Below, piece by piece: positions 1 through 9,612 of a DNA stretch of 64,000 nt (positions are counted from its first letter, which is position 1; each line of letters starts with the position of its first letter). Below the pieces are notes generated by a model. It searched no databases. It was not told the DNA's origin and saw only the letters and a program-made list of their open reading frames with translations. Source of the stretch: Chloroflexota bacterium (lineage in GTDB: Bacteria > Chloroflexota > Dehalococcoidia > UBA6926); NCBI GenBank assembly GCA_026713485.1, contig JAPOOK010000003.1:4085-68084 (forward strand), in the 5' to 3' direction. The translations under genes were made by a program, and so were the position numbers.

Positions 1-719
1 ACCTCCATCTCGAACTCGCCGAACGTGAAATTCGTTTTCGCCGTGCCCGTCACGCTGGCGCCGTCGAAAGTGGCGACTGTCTGCCACGCTACCGGCCGCG
101 TCACTTCACGCACAGTCAGATCGCCATAGATCGTGAACTCGGCATCGCCGGACGAAGGCAGCGGCCATTCAAGCCCGTCAACACTCGTGGCGACAAACAC
201 AATCTCTGGATAGGTCGCCGTCTGGATGGCATTGCGCTGCAGATAACGGTCTCGATTCTCCTCGTCGCTGCGCAGGCTCGCCGCATTCAGCACGATGCGT
301 GAACTCTCCGGCACAATCTCGCCGTCCGCCGAGAAGGTAAATGCGCCGGACACCTCAGATGTCTCGCCGATGGCGTCAAACGGCAGTTCAACGCTCGCGA
401 GTTCCTCACGAATTAGATAGCGGGCCAAGGACCCCTCTTGCAGTATTGCCGAAAGCCCTCCCGCCGGCGTCTCGACATCCGCCGAACCCCCACCCTCCGG
501 GGTAGATGCATCATCCTCACTTGCCGGCGTAGCGTCTGGCGCAGAGACTGTTGGGACGGCAGTCGCTGTGGCTGTTGCCGTCGGACTCTCGACGGTCTCG
601 CCGTCGCCGTCATCTGATTCACTGCCAGTGCCACACGCCGCGACCAGCAGAGCCAGCATCAGTGCGGCGAGCGCAATCAACGACAGAATTCGAGCAGAAA
701 GAAGGCCTTGCTTGTGCAT
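1..719 (-). CDS. YceI-family lipid/polyisoprenoid-binding lipoprotein (3' end beyond window)
   Basis: Read manually: ATG at 719, signal peptide ending LVAAC, Pro/Thr/Ala linker, then ARYLIREEL...LRSDEENRDRYL...YPEIVF...GDLTVREVTRPV, typical of YceI; open to the window edge. Confidence 0.8.
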   Translation of the reverse strand, partial: MHKQGLLSARILSLIALAALMLALLVAACGTGSESDDGDGETVESPTATATATAVPTVSAPDATPASEDDASTPEGGGSADVETPAGGLSAILQEGSLARYLIREELASVELPFDAIGETSEVSGAFTFSADGEIVPESSRIVLNAASLRSDEENRDRYLQRNAIQTATYPEIVFVATSVDGLEWPLPSSGDAEFTIYGDLTVREVTRPVAWQTVATFDGASVTGTAKTNFTFGEFEME

Positions 720-850
720 AGAATTACCTGATCCTCGTGTACTTGTGCAGCGTCTCGGATTCCAGCATACGAACACTGAACGCCCTATGCACGCGCCGCT
801 TTAGGTGACGCAGTAGCCTTCTGGTGGTTGAGGGGTAGAATTAACGAACG

Positions 851-1798
851 ATGACACTAACCGAGGCAACGACAACCTGCCGCCATTTCCTGTCCATAGC
901 CGACCTCTCCGCCGAGGAGATTCGCGCCGTTTTGGATGCCGCCAGCGCCATCCGGTCGGGAGAACTACGACCGGACGTGGCAGGCCGCAGCCTCGTGCTG
1001 CTGTTGGAGAAGCCGTCCCTGCGCACGCGTGTCAGCTTTGAGCTCGGGATGCGTAAGATGGGCGGCCACAGCCTCAGCATGCTGCCGCAGGAAGTAGGGC
1101 TCGGCGGACGTGAACCTCCGGAGGATGTGGCGCGCGTGCTCAGTCGCTACGCGGACGTGATCGCAGCCCGTGTGAACTCACACGACACGCTGGTTGAACT
1201 GGCAAACGCCGCCGATGTGCCTGTCATCAACGCGCTCTCGGAGATCGAGCATCCTTGCCAGATACTCGCCGACCTGCAGGCAATTCGCGAACACTTCGGC
1301 AGGTTGGAAGGCCTGACTATTGCGTTCATCGGTGACGGCAACAACGTCGCTGCCAGCCTCGCTCTCGGTTGCGCCCTCGTCGGCGCGGAGTTCCGCATCG
1401 CGTCGCCCGCCGGCTATGAGCTGCCCGGCGACATCGTGGCGCAAGCGACCAGGCTCGCCGGACAAGCTGGGCACGCCCCGCAACTGCTGTTGAAACCGGA
1501 AAACGCCGTTGACGGCGCGGATGTTGTTTACACAGACGTGTGGGCGAGCATGGGACAGGAGACAGAACGCGAACAGCGCACGCGTGATTTTCGGGGCTAC
1601 CAGGTATCCCCGAACCTCATGGAACTCGCCGACCCCAAAGCGGTCTTCATGCATGATTTGCCCGCGCATGAGGGCGAGGAGATTTCCGAAGGCATGCTCA
1701 CCCACCCGCAGTCGATAGTCTTCAACCAGGCCGAGAACCGCATGCATGCGCAGGCCGCGCTTATTGCCATGCTGCTCGGCGCAATCCCCTCTGCCTAA
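851..1798 (+). CDS. argF: Ornithine carbamoyltransferase
   Basis: SLRT carbamoyl-phosphate motif, HPCQ, DGNN, YTDVWASMG, HDLP, QAENR. Confidence 0.95.
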   Translation: MTLTEATTTCRHFLSIADLSAEEIRAVLDAASAIRSGELRPDVAGRSLVLLLEKPSLRTRVSFELGMRKMGGHSLSMLPQEVGLGGREPPEDVARVLSRYADVIAARVNSHDTLVELANAADVPVINALSEIEHPCQILADLQAIREHFGRLEGLTIAFIGDGNNVAASLALGCALVGAEFRIASPAGYELPGDIVAQATRLAGQAGHAPQLLLKPENAVDGADVVYTDVWASMGQETEREQRTRDFRGYQVSPNLMELADPKAVFMHDLPAHEGEEISEGMLTHPQSIVFNQAENRMHAQAALIAMLLGAIPSA

Positions 1799-1809
1799 TA
1801 GGAACTGCC

Positions 1810-3183
1810 ATGACTGCCCTCGTTGAAACACGCACCGGAGTACCGCGCGGCCTGCCGACGGTCGCCATCGTTGGTCGCCCCAACGTCGGCAAATCGTCAC
1901 TCTTCAACCGGATGGTCGCCGAGCGCATCGCCATCGTTGCCGATGAGCCGGGCACCACGCGGGACCGCGTCACCGCCTACGTCACTCGCGATGACCGCAC
2001 CCTTGCCCTCATCGATACTGGCGGACTCATCCTTGGTGAAGAGCAGGGCATGACCGGGGCGATCCGGGATCAGGTCGCCGTGGCGCTCAGCGAGGCGGAC
2101 GTGTTGCTTTTCGTCGTTGATGTAGACGCGGGACTCCTGCCCGCCGATGAGGAGGTGGCGGATCTCCTCCGCCGCGTCTCCAAGCCCGTCGTGCTCATTG
2201 CGAACAAGGCGGACAACCTTCAACGGGAGCGGCTCGCGGCAGAGTTCTACGAACTCGGTATTGGCGAACCAATCATCGTTAGCGCCCACCACGGGCGCGG
2301 CCTGAACGAGATGTGGGACGGCATCATGGCCGCCTTGCCGGACGTGGAGGCGCCACCCCCCGCGCCGCAGGGCTCGATCCCCGTCGCCATTGTGGGCCGA
2401 CCCAACGTCGGCAAATCCTCGCTTGTGAATGCCATCCTCGGCCAGGAACGGGCGATGGTGCAGGACGAGCCGGGAACCACGAGAGATGCCCTCGATACCC
2501 TATTCAAATACGAGAACCGCGAGTATCTGTTGATTGACACGGCCGGTATCCGACGACGCGGCCATATCGAGCGCGGCGTGGAGAAATTCAGCGTCGCCCG
2601 CGCCATGCAGGCTATCGAGCGCGCCGATGTCGCCGTCCTCGTCGTTGACGCCACGGAATACCTGACCGCGCAGGACCTTCACGTCGCCGGCTTCGTCCAG
2701 CAGGCGTACAAGGGCCTCGCGCTGGTCATAAACAAGTGGGATCTTGCGCAAGAGGACGAAATCGATCGGGCAGAGGTAGAGCAATTGGTGCGCGCCCGCC
2801 TAAGATTCTTCCCCTCCATGCCAATCATATTTACATCGGCCCTCCGTGGCCGCGGCGTGCGTGCCGTCCTTGACGCTGTCGCCCGCATCCAGATGGAGCG
2901 GATGACGCGTGTCACAACAGCCCAACTGAACCGCGCCCTCCTTGATGCGCTCGCCGCCCACCCGCCCCCCTCCTCCGGGCGCAGACGACTGCAGATCTAC
3001 TACGCAACTCAGGCGGAGGTGAATCCGCCCACATTCGTCTTTTTCTGCAATGACCCGACCCTGATTCATTTCTCCTACCGCCGCTATCTTGAGAATGCGC
3101 TGCGGAAACGGTTCGGATTTGAGGGCACCTCGATCCGCCTGGTGTTCCGCGGACGCAGCCGCGATGAGGGGGAGCCGGACTAA
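1810..3183 (+). CDS. der: Ribosome biogenesis GTPase Der/EngA
   Basis: Two GTPase domains (GRPNVGKSSL twice, DTGG/DTAG, NKAD/NKWD) and C-terminal KH-like domain. Confidence 0.97.
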   Translation: MTALVETRTGVPRGLPTVAIVGRPNVGKSSLFNRMVAERIAIVADEPGTTRDRVTAYVTRDDRTLALIDTGGLILGEEQGMTGAIRDQVAVALSEADVLLFVVDVDAGLLPADEEVADLLRRVSKPVVLIANKADNLQRERLAAEFYELGIGEPIIVSAHHGRGLNEMWDGIMAALPDVEAPPPAPQGSIPVAIVGRPNVGKSSLVNAILGQERAMVQDEPGTTRDALDTLFKYENREYLLIDTAGIRRRGHIERGVEKFSVARAMQAIERADVAVLVVDATEYLTAQDLHVAGFVQQAYKGLALVINKWDLAQEDEIDRAEVEQLVRARLRFFPSMPIIFTSALRGRGVRAVLDAVARIQMERMTRVTTAQLNRALLDALAAHPPPSSGRRRLQIYYATQAEVNPPTFVFFCNDPTLIHFSYRRYLENALRKRFGFEGTSIRLVFRGRSRDEGEPD

Positions 3184-3851
3184 TGGATTTTCTTGACGAA
3201 ATAACCCTCGCCGGCATCGCTCTCACGCTCGCCGCCGCCCTCGGCAGCTACCTGCTCGGCGCAGTGCCAATTGGCCTGCTCGTGGGCAAAGTTTTTGGAA
3301 GCGTTGACGTTCGAGAATCCGGCAGTGGTCGTACAGGGGCCACCAATGTCCTTCGGACGCTCGGGTGGAAAGCCGCCGTCCCCGTCGTCCTGCTCGACCT
3401 TTTCAAAGGGTCTGTAGCAGTGATTGCCAGCGGATTCATTGCGGACACGCCCGGCGAGGTTGCCGGCGCCGTGGCCGTTGTTGTGGGTCACAGCCGATCG
3501 GTCTTCATTGGGTTCGGCGGCGGCAGAGGCGTTATACCGGCAGGCGGTGCGGCGCTTGCCCTCGTCTGGCCCGCCGCAATCATCGGCACGATCGTCGGCA
3601 TCCTAATCATCGCCCTCACACGATACGTCTCGCTCGGCTCCCTGCTCGGCACTGCGACCTGCGTGGGCATCATGGTGGCGTTCGCCGTAATGGGCTTGGC
3701 GCCACCGTTATTGGACGCCGTCCCCTTTATCGTCGGACCGTTAGCCGTTGTGGGCGGCACGATCATCATCTACGCCCACCGCGACAACATCCAGCGCCTG
3801 ATCCGTGGCACCGAACGCCGATTCGGCCAACCGGCTGAACCGACTGCCTAG
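3183..3851 (+). CDS. plsY: Glycerol-3-phosphate acyltransferase PlsY
   Basis: YLLG, GSGRTGATN, DLFKG, GGGRGV, HRDNIQRL motifs; der-plsY-gpsA order. Confidence 0.93.
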   Translation: MDFLDEITLAGIALTLAAALGSYLLGAVPIGLLVGKVFGSVDVRESGSGRTGATNVLRTLGWKAAVPVVLLDLFKGSVAVIASGFIADTPGEVAGAVAVVVGHSRSVFIGFGGGRGVIPAGGAALALVWPAAIIGTIVGILIIALTRYVSLGSLLGTATCVGIMVAFAVMGLAPPLLDAVPFIVGPLAVVGGTIIIYAHRDNIQRLIRGTERRFGQPAEPTA

Positions 3852-3918
3852 CCAGTAGAGCCCTCCCTCTAGCCCTATATGGGACAATTAAGCGAATGCT
3901 TCCGGCAGGAGGTCTCGT

Positions 3919-4950
3919 GTGAGCGGGCAGACACAAAAGGCGGCGGTCATTGGCACCACCAGTTGGGGCACGACCCTTGCACTCCTGCTTGCGCGTGAGG
4001 GTGCAGATACACTCCTGTGGTCCCGTACTGAAGAGACTGCCCGCCGTATGAATGAGGCCGGCGAGAACGTCGACCGCCTCCCCGGCTTTCCCTTTCCCGA
4101 TAATCTGCACGTCACTCCGTACATGTCTCAGGCCGTTTCAGATGCAGACTTGATCATCGTCTGCGTGCCGTCCCCCACATTCCACCAGAACCTGCAACGC
4201 CTAAGGGAGGGCAACCCCTCACGCGATGTTCCCATCGTCAGTGCCACCAAAGGTCTCGACCGCGTTGACGGCTTACGTATGAGTGAAGTCTTTGCCCAGG
4301 AGATGGGGCAGGACGCCCTGCGCCAATACTGTGTCATCTCCGGACCCAACCTCTCTCATGAAGTCGCCGACGGGCTCCCGTCCTCTGCGGTTGTCGCATC
4401 TGCCACGGAGGAGATGGCGGAACGTGCCCAGGCGGCGCTGACGTCAAAAGTGTTTCGCGTCTACGCAAGCACAGACGTTCCCGGAGTCGAACTTGGCGGG
4501 TCATTGAAGAACATTGTGGCCATCGGGGCCGGAATGATTGACGGCATGGGATTTGGGGACAACGCCAAAGCCGCATTCATCGCGCGCGCCATCGCGGAGA
4601 TTACACGGCTTGGCATCGCAGCGGGCGCTCAGCCCCTGACGTTTAGTGGACTTGCCGGTGTAGGTGACCTCGTGGCTACGTGCTACAGCCGCCTGTCGCG
4701 TAATCGGTATGTGGGTGAGGAGCTGGGGCGCGGACGAAACATCGCGCAAATCATTGAAGACCTGAACGAGGTCTGTGAAGGCTACAACACCACGCCCGCC
4801 GCGATCCGCCTTGCCGAGCGTCTCAACGTAGAGACGCCCATCACGTTGGAGACTCACCGCGTCCTCCATGAGGGGCTGAATCCGCGCGAGGCGATAGAGT
4901 CCCTGATGGGACGTCCTGCCACCACCGAATTCCCCGGTGAAACGCTGTAG
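3919..4950 (+). CDS. gpsA: NAD(P)H-dependent glycerol-3-phosphate dehydrogenase
   Basis: N-terminal Rossmann motif, ATKG, SGPN, GGSLKN, GVGDLVATC-SRN. Confidence 0.95.
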   Translation: MSGQTQKAAVIGTTSWGTTLALLLAREGADTLLWSRTEETARRMNEAGENVDRLPGFPFPDNLHVTPYMSQAVSDADLIIVCVPSPTFHQNLQRLREGNPSRDVPIVSATKGLDRVDGLRMSEVFAQEMGQDALRQYCVISGPNLSHEVADGLPSSAVVASATEEMAERAQAALTSKVFRVYASTDVPGVELGGSLKNIVAIGAGMIDGMGFGDNAKAAFIARAIAEITRLGIAAGAQPLTFSGLAGVGDLVATCYSRLSRNRYVGEELGRGRNIAQIIEDLNEVCEGYNTTPAAIRLAERLNVETPITLETHRVLHEGLNPREAIESLMGRPATTEFPGETL

Positions 4951-5070
4951 CGAGCAGATACACGCGCCGCCCCACGGCATCCTGTACTATTAGAGGCAGT
5001 CACAGATTGCCGCGGCTTCTTACGCAGTCCCGCCCCGGCATACAAAAATGAATCGCGAAAAGAACCAACT

Positions 5071-6204
5071 TTGATACAGGTAGCCTCAATCGACCTGGAC
5101 GACTTATCTGCTGAGAGCAGAGGCGATCCCTCCGGGATGGGCGGACACATAGCGGCATTCCCACTGCGTGTCTTGCAGGGTTGGAACGGCGTTGCAGCTC
5201 TCGCGCTGCCAGACGAATATCGTGCCGTTCGCCACGTCGTCGTTCAGGGCATGGGCGGCTCCGCCATCGCGGGAGACATTGCCGCCGAGGCTGTGGACTC
5301 CCTTCGTGAGCCGGGGACGGCTGGGGCGCAGATCAGTGTCTTTAGGGACTACGGCGCCCACCCATCCGTCGGCCCTGACAGCCTCGTGGTCGTCATGAGT
5401 CACTCCGGTCGTACCGAAGAGGCGCTCTCAGGAGTGGAGGCCTCACGCCTGCGTGGGGCAAAGCTCATCGTGATGACCGGCGGCGGACAGCTTGGAGAGA
5501 CCGCCCGGGACATGGGCATCCCAATCGCCATGTTGCCGGAGAATGGCGGCCCCCCACGCACCTATCTCCCGTATGCGCTCGGCGCAATGCTGAGGATCTT
5601 TGTCGACCTCGGCATCGCTCTGCCTAACACGGAGCGTGCCTTGATCGATGCCGTCACCGAGCTCGAATCGCGGCAGCCGGACTTTGACGCCAGTTGCAAC
5701 CGAACCGAGAACGGCCGGGTCAATCCCGCCAAAGACTTGGCGCGTGCGCTTTCTGGCCGGATTCCCGTCATCGTCAGCGCGCGCGGCCTTGCTTCCGCCG
5801 CGCGCCGCTGGAAGACGCAAGTGAATGAGAACGCCAAGACACCCGCATGGACTGAAGAGTTGCCGGAGATGCATCACAATGCCATCGTCGGCTTTGAACA
5901 GACTAATCTCAGTGACAACCTCGCCATCGTCCTGCTTGGACCGCCGTCAACTGCGCCGAACAGCCTCCATGACCGCTATGCGATTTCCAGGCGAATCCTC
6001 AGAGACCTCGGCGTGCCCGTCCACTGGCCTGCCCTGAGCGGCGAGACTCCACTCGCGCGTCTCCTGGAGGCGGTATTGCTGGGCGACTACGTTAGCTACT
6101 ACATGGCGCTGGTGAATGGAATCGACCCCACACCCACAGTGCCGCTGGACAGCATCAAGGCGCAGATTCGCCGCTCGACCCAAAACGAAAACCATGGAGA
6201 ATAA
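5071..6204 (+). CDS. Bifunctional phosphoglucose/phosphomannose isomerase (SIS domain)
   Basis: GMGGSAI, SHSGRTEE, RRWKTQVNENAK, PEMHHN motifs. Confidence 0.85.
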   Translation: MIQVASIDLDDLSAESRGDPSGMGGHIAAFPLRVLQGWNGVAALALPDEYRAVRHVVVQGMGGSAIAGDIAAEAVDSLREPGTAGAQISVFRDYGAHPSVGPDSLVVVMSHSGRTEEALSGVEASRLRGAKLIVMTGGGQLGETARDMGIPIAMLPENGGPPRTYLPYALGAMLRIFVDLGIALPNTERALIDAVTELESRQPDFDASCNRTENGRVNPAKDLARALSGRIPVIVSARGLASAARRWKTQVNENAKTPAWTEELPEMHHNAIVGFEQTNLSDNLAIVLLGPPSTAPNSLHDRYAISRRILRDLGVPVHWPALSGETPLARLLEAVLLGDYVSYYMALVNGIDPTPTVPLDSIKAQIRRSTQNENHGE

Positions 6205-6216
6205 TCCTTCACTCTT

Positions 6217-6789
6217 ATGGCTACACGCATAGGCATCATCTCAGACACCCACATTCCAAGTTCAATTCCGGAGCTCTGGCCGGAGGTTGAGATTGTCTTC
6301 AAGGATGTCGATCTTATCCTCCATGCCGGAGACCTCATTACGACCGGCGTCGTGGACTGGCTGGAGCGCATTGCCCCGACGTACGCTGCCGAGGGCAACC
6401 ATGATTACGGCCTCAGCGAGGTCGATGAGCGTATCCGCCCCAAGTGGTTCATGGAAATCGAGGGTTACAAGCTGGGCCTCGTCCACATCATTGACGGCTG
6501 GGGCACCCGCACCGCCACAGATCTGGTGAAGACATATCTCGGGACTTTGGCGGACATCGTTGTCTGCGGCGACAGCCATTTCGAGTTCATCCGCAAAGAA
6601 GACGGAATGCTTATCATCAACGGCGGCAGCGCCACCTACCCCCACAACCGCGAGGCTCGCCTCGGCCATGTGGTACTGCTGGACGTTGAACGGGGCAAGG
6701 AACCCGAAGCCCGCATCATTGACCTGACCGAATACTCGATCGACGGCACGGACGGCCGAAACCGCTACTCCCGCGGAAGAACCCGATAA
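6217..6789 (+). CDS. YfcE-like metallophosphoesterase
   Basis: ISDTH, HAGD, GNHD, GDSH, INGGS. Confidence 0.85.
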   Translation: MATRIGIISDTHIPSSIPELWPEVEIVFKDVDLILHAGDLITTGVVDWLERIAPTYAAEGNHDYGLSEVDERIRPKWFMEIEGYKLGLVHIIDGWGTRTATDLVKTYLGTLADIVVCGDSHFEFIRKEDGMLIINGGSATYPHNREARLGHVVLLDVERGKEPEARIIDLTEYSIDGTDGRNRYSRGRTR

Positions 6790-6864
6790 CGACGGCGCGC
6801 GCCTACGCGCGCGCAATCATCATTGCTACGGACTAGGAGTCTAAGCAAGAAGCTCTAAAGAGTA

Positions 6865-6898
6865 CCCTCTCCCCCAAGGAGAGAGTTACGGTGATGGG
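6865..6898. repeat. Intergenic CCCTCTC..GAGAG palindromic repeat (REP-like family A)
   Basis: ccctctcccccaaggagagag...ggtgatggg; similar copies at 20160-20193 and 39682-39718. Confidence 0.45.
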
Positions 6899-6906
6899 CG
6901 GGAAAA

Positions 6907-7227
6907 CTAGTAGCGTGGGCGACCGCCGCCGCCTCCACCGCCGCCGCCTCCACCGCCGCCGCCTCCACCACCACCGCCGCCTTCGCGGCGATCGCGGGCC
7001 TCATTCACCGTCAACTGGCGGCCTTGGTGTTCGTGGCCGTTCAGCGCGCCGATGGCGACCTCTGCCTCAGAACCGTTCGGCATTTCCACGAATCCGAAAC
7101 CACGTGAGCGCATAGAGTATCGGTCAATGATTACCTGCGCTGAAGAGACCTCTCCGTGCTGCTGAAAAAGTTCCTGCAAATCCGAATCTGTCGCCTGAAA
7201 ACTCAGGTTTCCGACATATATCCTCAT
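6907..7227 (-). CDS. RRM-domain RNA-binding protein with poly-Gly tail
   Basis: IYVGNL (RNP2), RGFGFVEM (RNP1), long Gly run; ATG at 7227 preceded by GGGGAG SD. Confidence 0.93.
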   Translation of the reverse strand: MRIYVGNLSFQATDSDLQELFQQHGEVSSAQVIIDRYSMRSRGFGFVEMPNGSEAEVAIGALNGHEHQGRQLTVNEARDRREGGGGGGGGGGGGGGGGGGGGRPRY

Positions 7228-7377
7228 TCGTACCGTCTCCCCGTCTCTAGCTACTGCTATCCCAGACTCCAGCAAAGCCATTCCGTGAGGGGGCGGCCGG
7301 CAATCTGTTGTCGGAACCCGCTAAGTATACCGTGTACGAACCCATATAGCTCTCATTTTGACTGCCGGGTTACTCAA

Positions 7378-7550
7378 TTGACAGTGAGTATCAAGAGCTA
7401 ACTTCGGGAAAAGTCACGATTGTATTGAAAGCGAGTATCACTAAAGCAATAAGCCAATTCCATTGTCTGAGTGCGGCCAAGGCCATGTCTTCGCAGAAAG
7501 AGCAAGGACTTACACAGGAGACCGACACAAACTATTGAAAGTATGTATCA
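7378..7550. promoter_or_regulatory. Three copies of TTGA(A/C)AGnnnGTATCA upstream of the RRM gene
   Basis: TTGACAGTGAGTATCA 7378-7393, TTGAAAGCGAGTATCA 7425-7440, TTGAAAGTATGTATCA 7535-7550 in an AT-rich intergenic region. Confidence 0.5.
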
Positions 7551-7588
7551 ACACATGGAATTGGCCTGAAGTGAGGGCCGTGTGTCGG

Positions 7589-8410
7589 CTAACCTGCCGT
7601 CACCTCTCGCAAGAATTCCAGCAACGCGTCGTTGAACGCATCCGCAGTCTCCACGTTGGGAAAGTGACCTGCCCCCGGGAGAATAACGAGCTTCGACTGT
7701 GCAATGGCCCGGTGTATACGGACCGAGCCGCCCGGCGGCGTCAGGCGATCCTGGTCACCGCAGATGACAAGCACGGGGCACGTGAGTCCCGGGAGATCCG
7801 GCGCGACCGGGTGCGCACCGAGTTCAGGCCCTGAAATACGCACGCCCTCTGCGTACACCTCGGGAGCGTTGCGCTCCGCCGTCGCGGTGGTGAATGCCCT
7901 GATGTCTTCCAGGTTGGACTCGATGAAGGGATCGCCCCAACTGCGCTGCGGATCAAACGGAAGTGCGCCGATGCCCTGTTCCCGAACCGTCTTGAGCATC
8001 CCGTCCCATCCTGAGAGGTATTCCTGCTTGATCTCCGCGGACGTGTCCTGGATGACCAGCGACAGCGTCTGCTCCGGGTAATCGATCGCGAACTGCTGTG
8101 AAACAAGCCCGCCAAGAGAATGCCCATGGATATGCGCTGCGCCGATGCCGATCGCCTTGAGCAGCTCCGAAAGGTCCTTGGCGAGCGTCCATCGGGAATA
8201 CGCGCCGTCTGTAACCGGCACGCGCTCCGACTGACCAAATCCGCGCATGTCCCACAGCATCAGGTGGAATTCTGCGGAAAGCGCCTCAATCTGATTCTCG
8301 TACCCGCGCCCGTGACCGCCAAGCCCGTGCGTCATCACAAACGTCGGCTTTGACGAGTCCCCGAACAGCTCATAAAACAGCTCGACCCCATTTGCCTTGA
8401 TGTGCGGCAT
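7589..8410 (-). CDS. Alpha/beta hydrolase (enol-lactone hydrolase-like)
   Basis: HG, DMRGFGQS, GHSLGG nucleophile elbow, catalytic D (GDQD) and H (GAGH). Confidence 0.9.
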   Translation of the reverse strand: MPHIKANGVELFYELFGDSSKPTFVMTHGLGGHGRGYENQIEALSAEFHLMLWDMRGFGQSERVPVTDGAYSRWTLAKDLSELLKAIGIGAAHIHGHSLGGLVSQQFAIDYPEQTLSLVIQDTSAEIKQEYLSGWDGMLKTVREQGIGALPFDPQRSWGDPFIESNLEDIRAFTTATAERNAPEVYAEGVRISGPELGAHPVAPDLPGLTCPVLVICGDQDRLTPPGGSVRIHRAIAQSKLVILPGAGHFPNVETADAFNDALLEFLREVTAG

Positions 8411-8457
8411 GATTCAATCCTCCTTTTGCGCAGTGTCCTTGTTCAGAGCCCGGCGTT

Positions 8458-9564
8458 CTACCCCAAGTCCAGACGCAGATTCAGTCGCTGCGCCACATTC
8501 CTCAGATTCTCAACAGAGTCCATGTACAACGGTATGCCATTCCGCTTGCGATCCTCAATCGTCTCGGCCTCGATATCTCCCGGAACTAGCACACTCTCAA
8601 CGTCCGGCAGTGGCGGCGTCTCTCGCAGGGCAGTCATGTAGTCCGACATCGACTGCTTGAAACTGTCCGCATCCGCAAACGCGTCAATCCGCATCGCGCC
8701 AAAGAAATGGGCGGACTGATACCCACCCGCAACCCCGGATCCCGCAATCGCCAGCCCCGGCCCCATGCCGGACAGCACGCCGCAGAGGATGTCCACGATC
8801 ATCGCGAGGCCGTAGCCCTTGTATGACGAATGCTCCAGGTCGCTGCCCAACGGCAGGATGCGCCGCCCGCCCGGCCCGCGTGCCGGATTCCGCACAGGCT
8901 GCAGGTCATCCGTCAGGCCCCATCCCTCGGGAGCAAGCTTGCCCTGCCGATGATACGTGTCAAACTTTCCCGCCGAAACGACTGACGTTGCGGCATCAAA
9001 GACGAACGGCGTACCGTCCGCGGTTGGCGCGGCCATAGCGATTGGATTGGATCCAAGCCGCGGTTCCGCTCCGCCTGCCGGCAGCACGATCGGCCCGGTG
9101 TTCGTCATGCTGATGCCGATCATGTCGTGCTCGAGTGCCTGCGTCGCATACACGCCGGCGGCCCCAAAGTGGCGGCTGTTCGCCACCGTCACCCATCCGG
9201 AGCCGACCGCCCGCGCCTTCTCGATGGCAAGATTCATGGCGCGGACACCCACGCTGAGCCCTAGCCCTCCGTCGGCGTCTATGGTGGCCGTTGACGGTGA
9301 TTCCGCGCGCACAATCCACTCGGGACGCGCATTCACCAACTCGTTCTCAAGTGGAGTCAGATAGAAGCGGTCGAGCCGCGCCATACCATGCGAGCCGATG
9401 CCTCGCAGGTCCGCCTCGATGAGCGTGTTGGCGGCGTTGGCGGCGTCCTCATCTGAAACGCCAAGAGCAATGAATGCCGCCACGGCAAACTCCCGCAGCG
9501 TCATTTCCGGGACGCGGATTGTTTGAGCTAGGGCCTCAGTCGAACTCATGGCGGCAGGCGTCAT
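8458..9564 (-). CDS. Ldh-2 family oxidoreductase (type 2 malate/L-lactate dehydrogenase)
   Basis: ADLRGIGSHG, NSRHFGAAG, GSNPIA, DAATS, YKGYGL, VPGD; start may be 9549. Confidence 0.88.
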   Translation of the reverse strand: MTPAAMSSTEALAQTIRVPEMTLREFAVAAFIALGVSDEDAANAANTLIEADLRGIGSHGMARLDRFYLTPLENELVNARPEWIVRAESPSTATIDADGGLGLSVGVRAMNLAIEKARAVGSGWVTVANSRHFGAAGVYATQALEHDMIGISMTNTGPIVLPAGGAEPRLGSNPIAMAAPTADGTPFVFDAATSVVSAGKFDTYHRQGKLAPEGWGLTDDLQPVRNPARGPGGRRILPLGSDLEHSSYKGYGLAMIVDILCGVLSGMGPGLAIAGSGVAGGYQSAHFFGAMRIDAFADADSFKQSMSDYMTALRETPPLPDVESVLVPGDIEAETIEDRKRNGIPLYMDSVENLRNVAQRLNLRLDLG

Positions 9565-9612
9565 CAGTGACGGGGCGCTCTCATTGAGAACGCCCCGCGC
9601 CTGTCTGTTTCC

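Noticed and set aside
6921-6985. (CCG/CCA)n microsatellite
   Set aside because: Encodes the poly-Gly tail of the RRM protein
7377-7550. ATTGAAAG motifs resembling CRISPR repeat ends
   Set aside because: Spacing is irregular (47 and 110 bp), upstream sequence is not conserved and no cas genes are present
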